DNA from: Promethearchaeia archaeon | GTDB lineage: Archaea; Asgardarchaeota; Lokiarchaeia; Sigyniarchaeales; SOKP01 | Assembly (NCBI GenBank): GCA_029856105.1 | Contig: JAHQWH010000155.1 | Coordinates: 32,001 to 96,000 of the forward strand | DNA length: 64,000 bases | Direction: 5' to 3' | In this document: one piece after another, positions 1 through 10,114 of the stretch | How the letters are laid out: each line of letters opens with the position of its first letter | Numbering within the stretch: position 1 is the stretch's first letter | Program-made: the position numbers and the translations under genes | The notes under the pieces: model-generated | What the model was told of the DNA's origin: nothing | Databases searched by the model: none | The model's input: the letters and a program-made list of their open reading frames with translations, nothing else

Positions 1-9
1 TTTAGGTGA

Positions 10-1212
10 ATAATAATTTCTTTTAATTTCGAATTAATCTCGTTAGAAAAATCTTTTGAAGAAAGACCAGAAATATCTATAGATGAAGATGTTAAAAAAT
101 TTAAAGAATTCATTAAAGAAAGAAGAGCTAAATGGACTGAAGAAGAAAAGATCGAACTTGAAACAGACAAATTTGATAACGATGAGAGTTTAAGAAACAC
201 AAATTCATTATTTAGTGAGATGAACCATCGACCATTAAAGGGTGAATTGTTCGATTATATAAATAACGATTGTAAAATAATTGGTTTTGATGAGAGTTCA
301 AATACACTCAGTGGAACTTATGCTAGATTAGCTTCTTTCAAATTTGGAGAATGTCAAGTAACTTTTAAAGATGGAAAATATCACAAAGAAAAGATTATGT
401 ATAAACCTATTACAACCTACATTGAAGATAACGAACATAAGCTTATTATATATAAGACTGTAATTGAAAATTTCGTAAAAACAATAAAACGGAATTTTTA
501 CAAAAGTAATTTGAAAGATAAAGTTGATAAATTAGAAGAGTGGTACGAGTCGACATATAAAAAAAAGATTGAAGAGCATATCAGTGCACACTCTTACTAT
601 TACCCAACAATGGGACATGTAGTAGATAGGATAAGAACTGCTGATGAAATTTTAAAATCTTTAGTTAGGATTAAAGAAGAAAGTAATTGGGGGAAAAATA
701 AAAATGTTGTATTTCTTGGAGATGGCATTCAAATGTTTCGCCAACATATTTTTCCTCCTGTCGCATTCACGGAATTCTTTTATAGGTTCATTCAATCGTA
801 TGAAATTAATTACTATAGTTTTTCGAAGACATGTCGCTTAAGGGATGCTCAAGGTAATTTTTTATTGCCAATATGGTCAGAGATATATGAGGATAACTTC
901 TTAGTTGAATTACCGGATCTTTCTAAGTATACTAAAAGTAAAGCATATCTTACGAGGTTGCAAAAAGATAGCTCAGCTCTTAGATTTGATATCTGCGATG
1001 ATTTAGATACAAAAGACGCAAAGTATATTTTAAAGAATTTGATTCCATATTCTCCACAAGGGTATCCCCTTAGTTTGGTGGGGGCACACGAAGCAAGTAC
1101 TTTATTGGTGTCGGAATATAATAAGTTTGATGCGGCTTTCATGGAACTTCAATACGATAAAAAAACAAAAAAATACGCTCAAAAATGGAGACAAAAAGTA
1201 TTAGGAAAATAA
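10..1212 (+). CDS. nurA: NurA-family 5'-3' nuclease
   Basis: Motifs GFDES, FLGDG and GYPLSLVGAHE; directly upstream of mre11-rad50. Frame is open from position 10 (ATA after AGGTGA); first ATG is at 220. Confidence 0.75.
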   Translation: MIISFNFELISLEKSFEERPEISIDEDVKKFKEFIKERRAKWTEEEKIELETDKFDNDESLRNTNSLFSEMNHRPLKGELFDYINNDCKIIGFDESSNTLSGTYARLASFKFGECQVTFKDGKYHKEKIMYKPITTYIEDNEHKLIIYKTVIENFVKTIKRNFYKSNLKDKVDKLEEWYESTYKKKIEEHISAHSYYYPTMGHVVDRIRTADEILKSLVRIKEESNWGKNKNVVFLGDGIQMFRQHIFPPVAFTEFFYRFIQSYEINYYSFSKTCRLRDAQGNFLLPIWSEIYEDNFLVELPDLSKYTKSKAYLTRLQKDSSALRFDICDDLDTKDAKYILKNLIPYSPQGYPLSLVGAHEASTLLVSEYNKFDAAFMELQYDKKTKKYAQKWRQKVLGK

Positions 1213-1251
1213 ATGTTTTTAATATAAATGATTTTAGGATAAGGGATTTAA

Positions 1252-2562
1252 ATGATTAAAATTGTACACATATCTGATTCTCATCTAGGTTATAGAACAA
1301 GAAGAGGTACAACAAATAAATGGGCAATACAAAATTATTCTAAACCTTACGAGCAAGAAATTTACGATTTGTTTCTAAAGGTTATGGAAGATATTTCTAA
1401 GATTAAAGATTTGGACTTTTTAATTCATTGTGGTGACATGTTCCACAATCCTTCTTTATTTAGCTCATATCCTCCACCAGAGCCCGCAAGAAGAACTTTT
1501 AAAGAGGGTTTAGAAATTTTTTTTAAAAACACTAAAAATCAAACCCCTTTCATTTATGTTGAAGGAAATCATGGAGTCTTTAGAGGTTATGAGTATACGC
1601 CGTTTGAATCCCATATACAAAAAGATGAATACCCAAATCTTCATTATTTTAAAGGTCAAGATTTAACTAATGCCATTAATAATAACCAACCTTTAAAGTT
1701 AGAATTTCCCTTAAAAGAAGTGAGATTTTACTTGTTCCCTTTTTTTGAATTTAAATATTTTGAGACATATGAAGCCGCATACGATAAATGGGTAGAACTA
1801 CAGCGACCAAATAAAAACGACGATTTTATTAATATTGCGGTTGCGCACGGTTCAATTGCCGACGGCACTTTACATAGAAAAGTCAATTCTGATGATTTTG
1901 GATATGATTATGTAGCTCTTGGGCATGAACACGGATTAAAAAAGGTTTCCAAGAATCACTATTATTCAGGAAGCTTGCTCCCAATGAATTTTAAAGAAGC
2001 TTACGAAAAACAAGGGTATCTAAATGTAGAAATAGATAAAAAAGCTAAAATCTTAAATATTGAAGAAATCTCTACAAGTGAGTTACTCAAAAGAACTTTT
2101 GAGATTATCCAAATTGACGCTAGCCCTCAACATACTTCCGCAGATTTAGAAGTTCTCATCAGAAATGAATTGAATCCGTTCATCTCTGCCGATGGATTTG
2201 ACCCCAAAACTGCTGCTAGGCTGAAATTCAATTTTAAAGGGGAAATAACATTCAAAAAAAATTGGCAAATTAACGATTTAATGACGAAAATCCGGAGCGA
2301 ATCTTTTTCTCAATCTGATAAGTTTAATATTCTTCAAATAATCTGGAAGATTTTCGATAGATCTGAGGATGCTGAGAACGACCTTAGCGCTGGCTTAATT
2401 CAGGATTATATATTAGAACACCCCGATGAAGAGTTTAAGGCTTTTGTTAAAGAAAAATTAACTGAGGATAAATCCCAGTTTGATGTAGACAAGCTAACTC
2501 AATTCGGAATGAAAGCTTTAAAAAAAGCGTTAAAATTCATGGAAAGAGAAAAAGAGGTGTAA
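1252..2562 (+). CDS. mre11: Mre11/SbcD DNA repair nuclease
   Basis: Phosphoesterase motifs DSHLG, GDMF, GNHG, AHG, ALGHEH; adjacent to rad50. Confidence 0.9.
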   Translation: MIKIVHISDSHLGYRTRRGTTNKWAIQNYSKPYEQEIYDLFLKVMEDISKIKDLDFLIHCGDMFHNPSLFSSYPPPEPARRTFKEGLEIFFKNTKNQTPFIYVEGNHGVFRGYEYTPFESHIQKDEYPNLHYFKGQDLTNAINNNQPLKLEFPLKEVRFYLFPFFEFKYFETYEAAYDKWVELQRPNKNDDFINIAVAHGSIADGTLHRKVNSDDFGYDYVALGHEHGLKKVSKNHYYSGSLLPMNFKEAYEKQGYLNVEIDKKAKILNIEEISTSELLKRTFEIIQIDASPQHTSADLEVLIRNELNPFISADGFDPKTAARLKFNFKGEITFKKNWQINDLMTKIRSESFSQSDKFNILQIIWKIFDRSEDAENDLSAGLIQDYILEHPDEEFKAFVKEKLTEDKSQFDVDKLTQFGMKALKKALKFMEREKEV

Positions 2563-2565
2563 AAA

Positions 2566-4659
2566 ATGTACATTACAAAGCTTACATTTAAGAATTTCAT
2601 GGGATATAAGCAATTGAGCCTTCCTAAAAGTATTGAGGAATTTCCTAAAGGGCTAATACTCGTTAGTGGTAAAAATTCCTACGGTAAATCGAGCATTTTC
2701 GAAGGAATTGTGTTTGCCTTCTTTGGACCTAAAATATTTAAAGGTCGAAATGCCGCTTCCTTTATTACTTATGGGGAATCTAAAGCGGAGCTTACAATAT
2801 TTTTTACTTTAGACAACAAAAAATATAATATTTTTCGTAGATGGGGCAGAACCGGAGCTACAACTACAAAATTGTTTGAATGGGACAAATCTACTTACCG
2901 CGAAATAAAGAATTTTAACATTGAAAAATTTTTTGAAATTTCTTCCGAGCAAGCTTTAAGTACTGTATTTGTAAGGCAAGGGGAAGTGGAAGAATTGGCA
3001 AATAAAAAAGGTGCCGATTTAAGGGAAATGATAATTGACCTTTTTAGGTTAGATCTCATAGATGATGCGCTAAATTTTCTGGATGTCGAATCTAAAAAGA
3101 AAAGATTTAGTAAGGAAAATTTAGAAAGGAACAAAGTCCCAATTGAGCGAATTGAAGAAGATATTAATCGCATTACTCTTGAAAATGCAAACTTTGAAAA
3201 GGTTGTTAAGGAAAAAAAGAAAAAAGAAGAAGAATATGGACAAAAAATTAAAAAATATCCCTCAGATGAATTAATTACTAATTTGGAAAAGCTGTACAGT
3301 CAAAAAAATGTTGTTAACGATAAGTTTCTTTCGTATAGAAAGGATTTTGAAGAAAAGATTAAAAGTACAAAATTACACATTGAGGATTTTAAACATTTAA
3401 AAAAAATCGTAGAAAAAATTGAGAATAGTCTAAAAGAAAAGAAAGAATTAACCCTAGAAAAAGAACTTATAGAGAAAAGAAGAGAAGCTACTATTAGGGG
3501 TCTAGGAAAAACAAAAGGAAAAATTGAAGATAGTAAAAGGAAAATAAAAAAAATGGAAGATAGCTTAAAATTTACAACAAGAGAAGGGGGATTAGAAAGC
3601 GCTCAATGCCCCACTTGCCAAAACGAATTAACAAAAGAGCATTTTGACCAGATGATACTGGAATTTAATAAGGATCTAAAGATAAATGATGAAAAAGTTA
3701 AATCTATTACAAAAATAATAGATAATTTTGATGTAGAAATTAATTCGTGTCAAAACAAGTTAGAAAAAAGTAATGAAAGTGTTATAAGAATACAAGGTTT
3801 AAAGGACGACTTTGAAAATTACCAGAGATATGAATCAGAACTAAGGAAAGTTCAAGAAGAATTAGACGGTTTCCTTACGAAATATAAGTCAAAATTCGCT
3901 GATACTAAACCAGAAAAAATTAAATTACTCTCTATAGAAAAAGAAAAGCTTTACATCGAATTGAATGCAATTACAGTGGATATTAAAGAAAAACAAAATA
4001 ATATTAAGAAAAATATCGATAGGATTGTAGATTTACGTAGTGAGATTAATCATATGAAGAAACTGGAAAAAAAAATTGGAGAATTTGAAATTGATATTGA
4101 TCACATTAGTAAAGCAAAAGAATTCGTAAGGAGGTTTGTAACTGAATATATGGTCGTGAAGCGATTAGTAAAAAATATCGCATCAACTACAAATAAATAT
4201 ATTAAAGATTTTACTTCAGGTCAATATAGCGATCTAACTATTGACTTGTTCGGTACAAAAAAGACGGGATTATCGCTAAAAATCATGGATAATTTCAATG
4301 GCGTTCCTGAGTCAATAGAAGTCCTCTCTGGAGGAGACAAAACCGCTTTGGGAATGGCCTTACGTTTAGCAATATCCGAATTAATGAGCAAAATTCGACC
4401 TACGAAGGAATCACCAAAGAAAAATCCAAAGATTGACATTTTACTTTTGGACGAACCTTTAGCTGCGCTCGATGAGACCAGAAGAGAGCGAATTCTTAAA
4501 CACCTAATAAAATCAAAAACATTTTCACAAATTTTCCTTATTACCCATACAGCTATCCCATCAGATTTCAATACACATAAAATTATAGTTAATAAAGATC
4601 ATTCTACGGGCATAAGCACTGCAAGATTCGAGGAAGAGACAGCTCAAATTCTTTATTAA
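2566..4659 (+). CDS. rad50: Rad50/SbcC SMC-like ATPase
   Basis: Walker A GKNSYGKSS, Q-loop VRQGE, coiled coil with CPTC zinc hook, LSGG signature, LLLDEP, ITH. Confidence 0.92.
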   Translation: MYITKLTFKNFMGYKQLSLPKSIEEFPKGLILVSGKNSYGKSSIFEGIVFAFFGPKIFKGRNAASFITYGESKAELTIFFTLDNKKYNIFRRWGRTGATTTKLFEWDKSTYREIKNFNIEKFFEISSEQALSTVFVRQGEVEELANKKGADLREMIIDLFRLDLIDDALNFLDVESKKKRFSKENLERNKVPIERIEEDINRITLENANFEKVVKEKKKKEEEYGQKIKKYPSDELITNLEKLYSQKNVVNDKFLSYRKDFEEKIKSTKLHIEDFKHLKKIVEKIENSLKEKKELTLEKELIEKRREATIRGLGKTKGKIEDSKRKIKKMEDSLKFTTREGGLESAQCPTCQNELTKEHFDQMILEFNKDLKINDEKVKSITKIIDNFDVEINSCQNKLEKSNESVIRIQGLKDDFENYQRYESELRKVQEELDGFLTKYKSKFADTKPEKIKLLSIEKEKLYIELNAITVDIKEKQNNIKKNIDRIVDLRSEINHMKKLEKKIGEFEIDIDHISKAKEFVRRFVTEYMVVKRLVKNIASTTNKYIKDFTSGQYSDLTIDLFGTKKTGLSLKIMDNFNGVPESIEVLSGGDKTALGMALRLAISELMSKIRPTKESPKKNPKIDILLLDEPLAALDETRRERILKHLIKSKTFSQIFLITHTAIPSDFNTHKIIVNKDHSTGISTARFEEETAQILY

Positions 4660-4783
4660 TCTCTAATTCCTATTATAAAGGAAAATAATCTAATATTAGT
4701 TAAAATCCTAATTTTTTAAATGCATTAACATGAACATCAAGGAATAATAAAAAAAGAAAAATGGAAATTTAATATGAATTTGT

Positions 4784-4972
4784 TTATAAATCTCGTGCCT
4801 TAACGGTTTTTCTTCCATTTGCTTTAGCACGCCGAATAGCGTTGTCAATTATCTTTATTATTATAGCATTAAATGTATCTCCATCAAGCACGCCTGAGCT
4901 TGTGTTACAATCCTTTGCTTTTATATACTCTCGAACTTTAGATTTTACATATAGGGGTTCTACCTTAGCCAT
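4784..4972 (-). CDS. Histone-fold protein with short alpha3 (DUF1931/Bd0055/face-to-face-like)
   Basis: 62 aa; LYVKSKVREYIK...NTS...AKANGRKTVKARDL, ending right after the RKTV-x-x-RD motif. Confidence 0.85.
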   Translation of the reverse strand: MAKVEPLYVKSKVREYIKAKDCNTSSGVLDGDTFNAIIIKIIDNAIRRAKANGRKTVKARDL

Positions 4973-5305
4973 TTTTTTTCTTCCTCTTCTTATAATTCTT
5001 ATAAAGTATTAAAAAATCAGATTATAATTGATTTTTTATTAATATTAATTTTGCCATCTGAGTTTTTAAATGTTTTGTCATATCTTAATAATCTTCCAAA
5101 TAATTTTCTAAATACTACATTATTTGAACCACTATGGGACTTAAGAAATTAATCGTAAATGTGCTATTTTATTGATGTAGAGTAAAAAAAATGAAATCCT
5201 ATTAACAAATCAAAACATTACGATTGAACTAAGAGGGGTAAATTAAGAAAAAAAAGAGTGGTTTTTTGGTATTTTGTTTTAGCGAAGAGAAATTTATTTT
5301 TTTCT

Positions 5306-5629
5306 CTATTTTGGAGGAGCAAGCACGATTTCAATGCTTGATACGTTGTTAGTTTGCCCACTTTCGCCTTCGAGCTGCTCTGTACTGAGGGTAATTCCTT
5401 TATATTCAGTTCCTTTTAAGAATCTATTTCTTAAAATCTCACATACATCAACCGCATGAGAAATAGCTCTACCTCTGGCCTTAACTGTGCAATCCACTCC
5501 TTTATTAAGGATCATCATAGTGGCCATAACATAATTCATAGTGGGACGTCTGCCAACGAAAACGCTGTTTTCCTCTTTTCGGGGCATTCGTTTTTTTACA
5601 TCCTTTACTTCCGTATTTTCTTCAGGCAT
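5306..5629 (-). CDS. albA: DNA/RNA-binding protein Alba
   Basis: VFVGRRPTMNYV, VKARGRAISHAVDVCEILRNRFL, VSSIEIVL. Confidence 0.95.
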   Translation of the reverse strand: MPEENTEVKDVKKRMPRKEENSVFVGRRPTMNYVMATMMILNKGVDCTVKARGRAISHAVDVCEILRNRFLKGTEYKGITLSTEQLEGESGQTNNVSSIEIVLAPPK

Positions 5630-5896
5630 TTTTTTTTCACTATTTTGTTTTGTATTTTTTGTATACTGTATCGTTGTATCTCGTAATTTTTTTATTACGA
5701 TTTAAACTACATTTTTTAAAATATTTTTCTTCATAAAAATTTTATTATCTTACTAATAATGTGATTTAATATTCGATACTCAGATTTTCAACTCATTTAA
5801 AGGTATTTTAGCGATCTGCTTTTCTAAAACAATTTTCAAAAAGATTTAAAATATAGTTTTTAGATTAAAAAAAAAATCAAAATAAATTATAAAAAA

Positions 5897-6121
5897 TTAC
5901 AAACTTTCTAATTTTAGTCCAAGAAACATTAACCACCATGCGAGAAACATTAGTATCGTTCCTATAATGCCCCAGGTTTCCGTGTGATTATATGTCCCAA
6001 GAGCTAGAGGGGGTAGTAGATCTGGAGTTACAAAGAATAAATTAGTTAATACATAAAATCCCCCTGCGAATAGGAAGGACGATAAAATTACAGTAAATTT
6101 CGTTATTGGAGTCCAAGCCAT
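5897..6121 (-). CDS. Small two-TM membrane protein (copy 1)
   Basis: 74 aa MAWTP...ETWGIIG...; paralog of 6525-6749; SD AGGTGAT upstream. Confidence 0.8.
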   Translation of the reverse strand: MAWTPITKFTVILSSFLFAGGFYVLTNLFFVTPDLLPPLALGTYNHTETWGIIGTILMFLAWWLMFLGLKLESL

Positions 6122-6222
6122 TTAATATCACCTAATTTATCAAAGTAAAATGTGTAATTAATATTTATTAATTATTCCTAAATAAAAGTTTAATTTTTTT
6201 AAACAAGAAGTTCATATTTGAT

Positions 6223-6402
6223 TTAATCTAGTTCATTTGTTTTTGAGGGTTGTTTCTTAAAATTTGCTTGGTTTTTATCAATAGTTTTCTTTTGATCTTC
6301 ATCTTCATCTTGAAAAATATCCTGAATTATGCTTATCAGGAAGAACACTGATATTTTGACGAGTAAAGGAATTAATAACCCAGACTCCGTCAAAAGAACC
6401 TT
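6223..6402 (-). pseudogene. Duplicated 3' fragment of signal peptidase gene
   Basis: Reads KVLLTESGLLIPLLVKISVFFLISIIQDIFQDEDEDQKK...ELD*, homologous to the C-terminus of 6852-7517; catalytic domain absent. Confidence 0.8.
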
Positions 6403-6524
6403 TATTGATACTCAGATTTTCAACTCATTTAAAGAAGTTTTAGCAATCTGCTTCTCTAAAATAATTTTTAAAAAGATTTAAAATATAGCTTTTAGATAAT
6501 TAAAAAAAAAAATAATATGATAAA

Positions 6525-6749
6525 TTACATACCTTTTAATCTTACTCCAAGAAACATTAGAAACCAAGCGAAAAAAACTAATCCCATTCCTATAATGCCC
6601 CAAGTTTCGTTGGAGCTGAAGGTTCCAAGAGCTAAAATGGGCAGTACACCTGTAAGTCCAAAGAATAATTCAGTTAATACAAACAATCCTCCCGCTAATA
6701 CGAGGAAGGAGAAAATTACGGTCCATTTTGTTGGTGGAGTCCAAGCCAT
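6525..6749 (-). CDS. Small two-TM membrane protein (copy 2)
   Basis: 74 aa paralog of 5897-6121. Confidence 0.8.
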   Translation of the reverse strand: MAWTPPTKWTVIFSFLVLAGGLFVLTELFFGLTGVLPILALGTFSSNETWGIIGMGLVFFAWFLMFLGVRLKGM

Positions 6750-6851
6750 TTAATATCAACTAATTTTTTAAAATAAATTGTGTAATTAATATTTACTAAT
6801 TATTGATATTTAAAAGTTTAATATTTATAAATTAAAAAGTAAATATTTGAT

Positions 6852-7517
6852 TTAATTTAATTTATTTGTTTTTTGGGGTTGCTTCTCAAAATCTTCTTGG
6901 TTTTTATCATTTTTTTTCTTTTGATCTTCATCTTCATCTTGATAAATATCCCGAATTATGCTTATTACGAGGAACGCTGATATTATGACAAGTAAAGGAA
7001 TTAATAACCCAGATTCTGTTAAAACAATCTTTACCCATCCAATATATGGTATTCCACCTATTACTACTCCTATTATTCGGGACTCTGGGACAGGTGCTTG
7101 ATCAGGTAGCGAGTTAGCGTCCCCTTTAGTCTGGAAATACCATGTATCCCCTACTAAATACTTGTCAACTACACGATGGACAATGGGTTCTTCAGGAGCA
7201 CCCGCCCATAATCCACGAGCGTCAAATACTATAACATCTCCATTTTTATCTTCAGCTGTACCATTTACTATATCCTCAGGATTGGCCCCCGCTACGAATA
7301 ATAAGTCTCCTTCGCGAATACTAGGCTCCATAGAGCCAGAAACTACGATAACTATAGGAGCCTCAGTATTAAGAGCAACTTGTAAACTAAAATAGAGTAA
7401 AAAGGAGCCGAAGAACGCAATACATATCATTACAACAGCAATAATTACTTTTTTGTGAGATATGGGCTTTTTTTCTTTTTCTTTTTTTTCTGAGTTCTTC
7501 AGATTATTCGTATTCAT
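6852..7517 (-). CDS. sec11: Signal peptidase I, ER/archaeal type (S26B)
   Basis: VVSGSMEP, IVHRV, TKGDAN; N- and C-terminal TM helices. Confidence 0.93.
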   Translation of the reverse strand: MNTNNLKNSEKKEKEKKPISHKKVIIAVVMICIAFFGSFLLYFSLQVALNTEAPIVIVVSGSMEPSIREGDLLFVAGANPEDIVNGTAEDKNGDVIVFDARGLWAGAPEEPIVHRVVDKYLVGDTWYFQTKGDANSLPDQAPVPESRIIGVVIGGIPYIGWVKIVLTESGLLIPLLVIISAFLVISIIRDIYQDEDEDQKKKNDKNQEDFEKQPQKTNKLN

Positions 7518-7755
7518 TTTTTAAAAATCTCCTTTCTCTTGTCTAAATAAATAAAGAAGCGAATATATATTTTGTTCTAACATTTATATGAGATTCAAAA
7601 TATCGAATCGAGTTATTTGATATACTTTTTTAATCTTTTTTATCTAGAAATAATTCTAGAGATAGTATTTTATAGAATAGCATCTTAAAATATTTGTATT
7701 AAACTAATTAAAACATTAAACATCTTAAAAACTCATATGGTTGAGGCTTAACTAC

Positions 7756-8271
7756 ATGTTTTTAGAAGATCCGGTCTTAAAAGAATATATTGTTGATGAT
7801 ATTGTTAGAGAAGTTAATCAAAAAGGATTGAATATCGAAAAGATTTACGTAGAGAGTTTTATCGACAATTTTCTTGGCGAATACGAACGATTACCAAAAA
7901 GAAGTGAGATTAATCCTATTGTTTCAAGTTATATTAAAATGATCGAAGATAGCACACCAATAATTGAAATATCTCAAAATTCTGATGAATTTAATTCAAA
8001 GACAAATGTGATTGAACCAGTTGTAAAAAGTTTTATCCAGAAAAAAAACTTAATTAACTCAATTAAAAGTGAAGGGCTTTTCTGTCGCACAGGAGAAATG
8101 TTAGTTATTCCAAAACCAGAGGGGCGCAGATTATGTCCAATATGCGATAACGAAAACTGGTACAAAATCCATGAAACAATCGATCGAACGGATATTATTT
8201 GCGATTATCCTAAAATTTACGGAAAGAAATATACGTGTAGCGGTTGCGGAACTGTTTGGAAAGAGAAGTAA
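7756..8271 (+). CDS. Hypothetical protein with C-terminal Zn ribbon
   Basis: CPIC...CSGC at C-terminus; ATG at 7756 (TTG at 7741). Confidence 0.7.
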   Translation: MFLEDPVLKEYIVDDIVREVNQKGLNIEKIYVESFIDNFLGEYERLPKRSEINPIVSSYIKMIEDSTPIIEISQNSDEFNSKTNVIEPVVKSFIQKKNLINSIKSEGLFCRTGEMLVIPKPEGRRLCPICDNENWYKIHETIDRTDIICDYPKIYGKKYTCSGCGTVWKEK

Positions 8272-8469
8272 ATTCTGCAAGATAAACGTTACAAGTCTTA
8301 ATGATTAAGATAAGTTGCGTTCCTTTCCCTCAATAAAGCGTTCAACTTTGAGGAAAATCTGATTATATTTCATAAGTTTTATAACTATAAATTTTAAATA
8401 GTTCAATGTTTAAAGTTAAACTAAAATAAAAAATTGAGTTTCTTTTATTAAAAATCAAGCGTGTTAATT

Positions 8470-9429
8470 ATGGAAGCAGATTATGCGATAATTTATAATC
8501 CTGTTGCTGGAAAACCAGAACAGACTGAAAAAGATATAGAATATGCAAAAAAGTGTTTAGATGATTTAAACATTTCTTACAAGTTATTCAAAACAGAATT
8601 TGCAGGACATGCTATTAGTTTGGCTAACCAGTTAGCAAAAGAAGGGTATCGAGTCATTGGAGCTGGTGGAGATGGAACTTGCAATGAGGTTTTTCACGGT
8701 GTTATTAGCTCCAATTCAGGAGCTTTATGCGGGTTTATCCCAATGGGCTCTGGAAACGACATCCCTGCCGCAATTGGAATCACACCTGACATTAAAAGAG
8801 CGTGCGAAATTATAGCAGAAAATCATACTAGTAAATCAGATATTGGGTTTGCCAAAACGGACGAAGGAGTAGAGCGGTACTTTCTGGGCATTGGAAGTCA
8901 AGGATTTGACGCTGAAGTTGCGAGAAGATCAAATGAAAATAAAGAAAAAAATTATAATGCGATTATTCTAAAAACTTTATTCTCGTGGAAAAGTAGAGAG
9001 ATAAGGGTCACAATGGATAACGATACTTACGAAGGAATGGCAAACTTAGCAGCAGTAGGTAATGGAGGGGCTTATGGGGGCGGAATGTATGTATGTCAAA
9101 AAGCAAAAGTTGATGATGGGTTATTTGATATAAGCGTAGTAGATATTGGAAAATTTAAACTTCTTCTTCAATTTAAAAGGATGTATAACGCATCGCTTTT
9201 ACCCCATCCTAATATTTCTGAATATCAAAGCAAAAAAGTGAGAATTGAAATGAAAAATCCTGAAGATGAGCCTTACAACTGTCAAGTTGACGGCGAGGTT
9301 TTAGGACCCCTTCCAGTTACATATGAAAGTATTAAAGACGGCTATGAATTCATTCGTCCCAAAATTGACGAAGTCGCAGAAGCATTTAAAGAGAAGTATG
9401 GAAGATACTTCTATATATGTGAACATTAA
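8470..9429 (+). CDS. Diacylglycerol/lipid kinase family (YegS/DAGK)
   Basis: NPVAG, GGDGT, PMGSGND, GFDA, QVDGE motifs. Confidence 0.92.
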   Translation: MEADYAIIYNPVAGKPEQTEKDIEYAKKCLDDLNISYKLFKTEFAGHAISLANQLAKEGYRVIGAGGDGTCNEVFHGVISSNSGALCGFIPMGSGNDIPAAIGITPDIKRACEIIAENHTSKSDIGFAKTDEGVERYFLGIGSQGFDAEVARRSNENKEKNYNAIILKTLFSWKSREIRVTMDNDTYEGMANLAAVGNGGAYGGGMYVCQKAKVDDGLFDISVVDIGKFKLLLQFKRMYNASLLPHPNISEYQSKKVRIEMKNPEDEPYNCQVDGEVLGPLPVTYESIKDGYEFIRPKIDEVAEAFKEKYGRYFYICEH

Positions 9430-9473
9430 ATAATATTTTTTTTCTTTTGAGAATTAAATACATAAGTATTGAT

Positions 9474-10100
9474 ATGCCTGACTGGGACGATATATTCACA
9501 AAACGAGGTAAAGTCTTTACAAATCCACATCAAGATATGGAAAGGTTAACCAAAATCTTTAAAGAAAATGGCGTTCAACGAATTTTAGATTTAGGATGTG
9601 GAACTGGCCGGCATCTATTGTTTTTCTCAAAGAAAGAGTTTGATGTTTACGGTATCGATAAATCGCAAAAAGGTTTAGACATTGCTAAAAATTGGTTAGA
9701 CGAAGAAAAATTATCAGCAGAACTAACACATCAGAGAATTGATCAAAGATTTCCTTATGAGAATGATTTTTTTGATGTTGTTATCTCAATTCAAGTAATT
9801 CATCATAATTTAATGAAAAAAATACTCTTTTCCGTTAAAGAAATTGAGCGAGTCTTAAAACCAAAAGGATTTATTTTTATCACAGTTCCTTTTCCTCAAG
9901 CTTTTAACGTAAAAAACAGTAAGTGGAAATTGAAGAAAGTCGAAAAGAGAACATATATCCCTCAATCAGGTCCAGAGGAGGGGCTTCCTCATCATTTCTT
10001 TACAATAGCAGAACTAAAACGTGTTTTTAGCGCTTTTGAATTGTTAGAAATATATATTGACAAAACCAATCATCGCGCAATGTTAGGAAAAAAGAAATAA
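9474..10100 (+). CDS. Class I SAM-dependent methyltransferase
   Basis: ILDLGCGTGRH, FDVV, LKPKG. Confidence 0.9.
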   Translation: MPDWDDIFTKRGKVFTNPHQDMERLTKIFKENGVQRILDLGCGTGRHLLFFSKKEFDVYGIDKSQKGLDIAKNWLDEEKLSAELTHQRIDQRFPYENDFFDVVISIQVIHHNLMKKILFSVKEIERVLKPKGFIFITVPFPQAFNVKNSKWKLKKVEKRTYIPQSGPEEGLPHHFFTIAELKRVFSAFELLEIYIDKTNHRAMLGKKK

Positions 10101-10114
10101 AATGTAATATTCGT

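Larger units (their letters stand above)
5775..7033. repeat. Diverged tandem duplication, period about 632 bp (about 5775-6403 and 6407-7033)
   Basis: GATACTCAGATTTTCAACTCATTTAAAG at 5775 and 6407. Each unit holds a 74-aa membrane gene plus the 3' end of the signal peptidase gene. Confidence 0.9.

Noticed and set aside
8296-8357. Inverted repeats TCTTAAT-G-ATTAAGA and TTTCCCTCAA...TTGAGGAAAA
   Set aside because: Short and AT-rich; expected by chance and no second instance to support a function.
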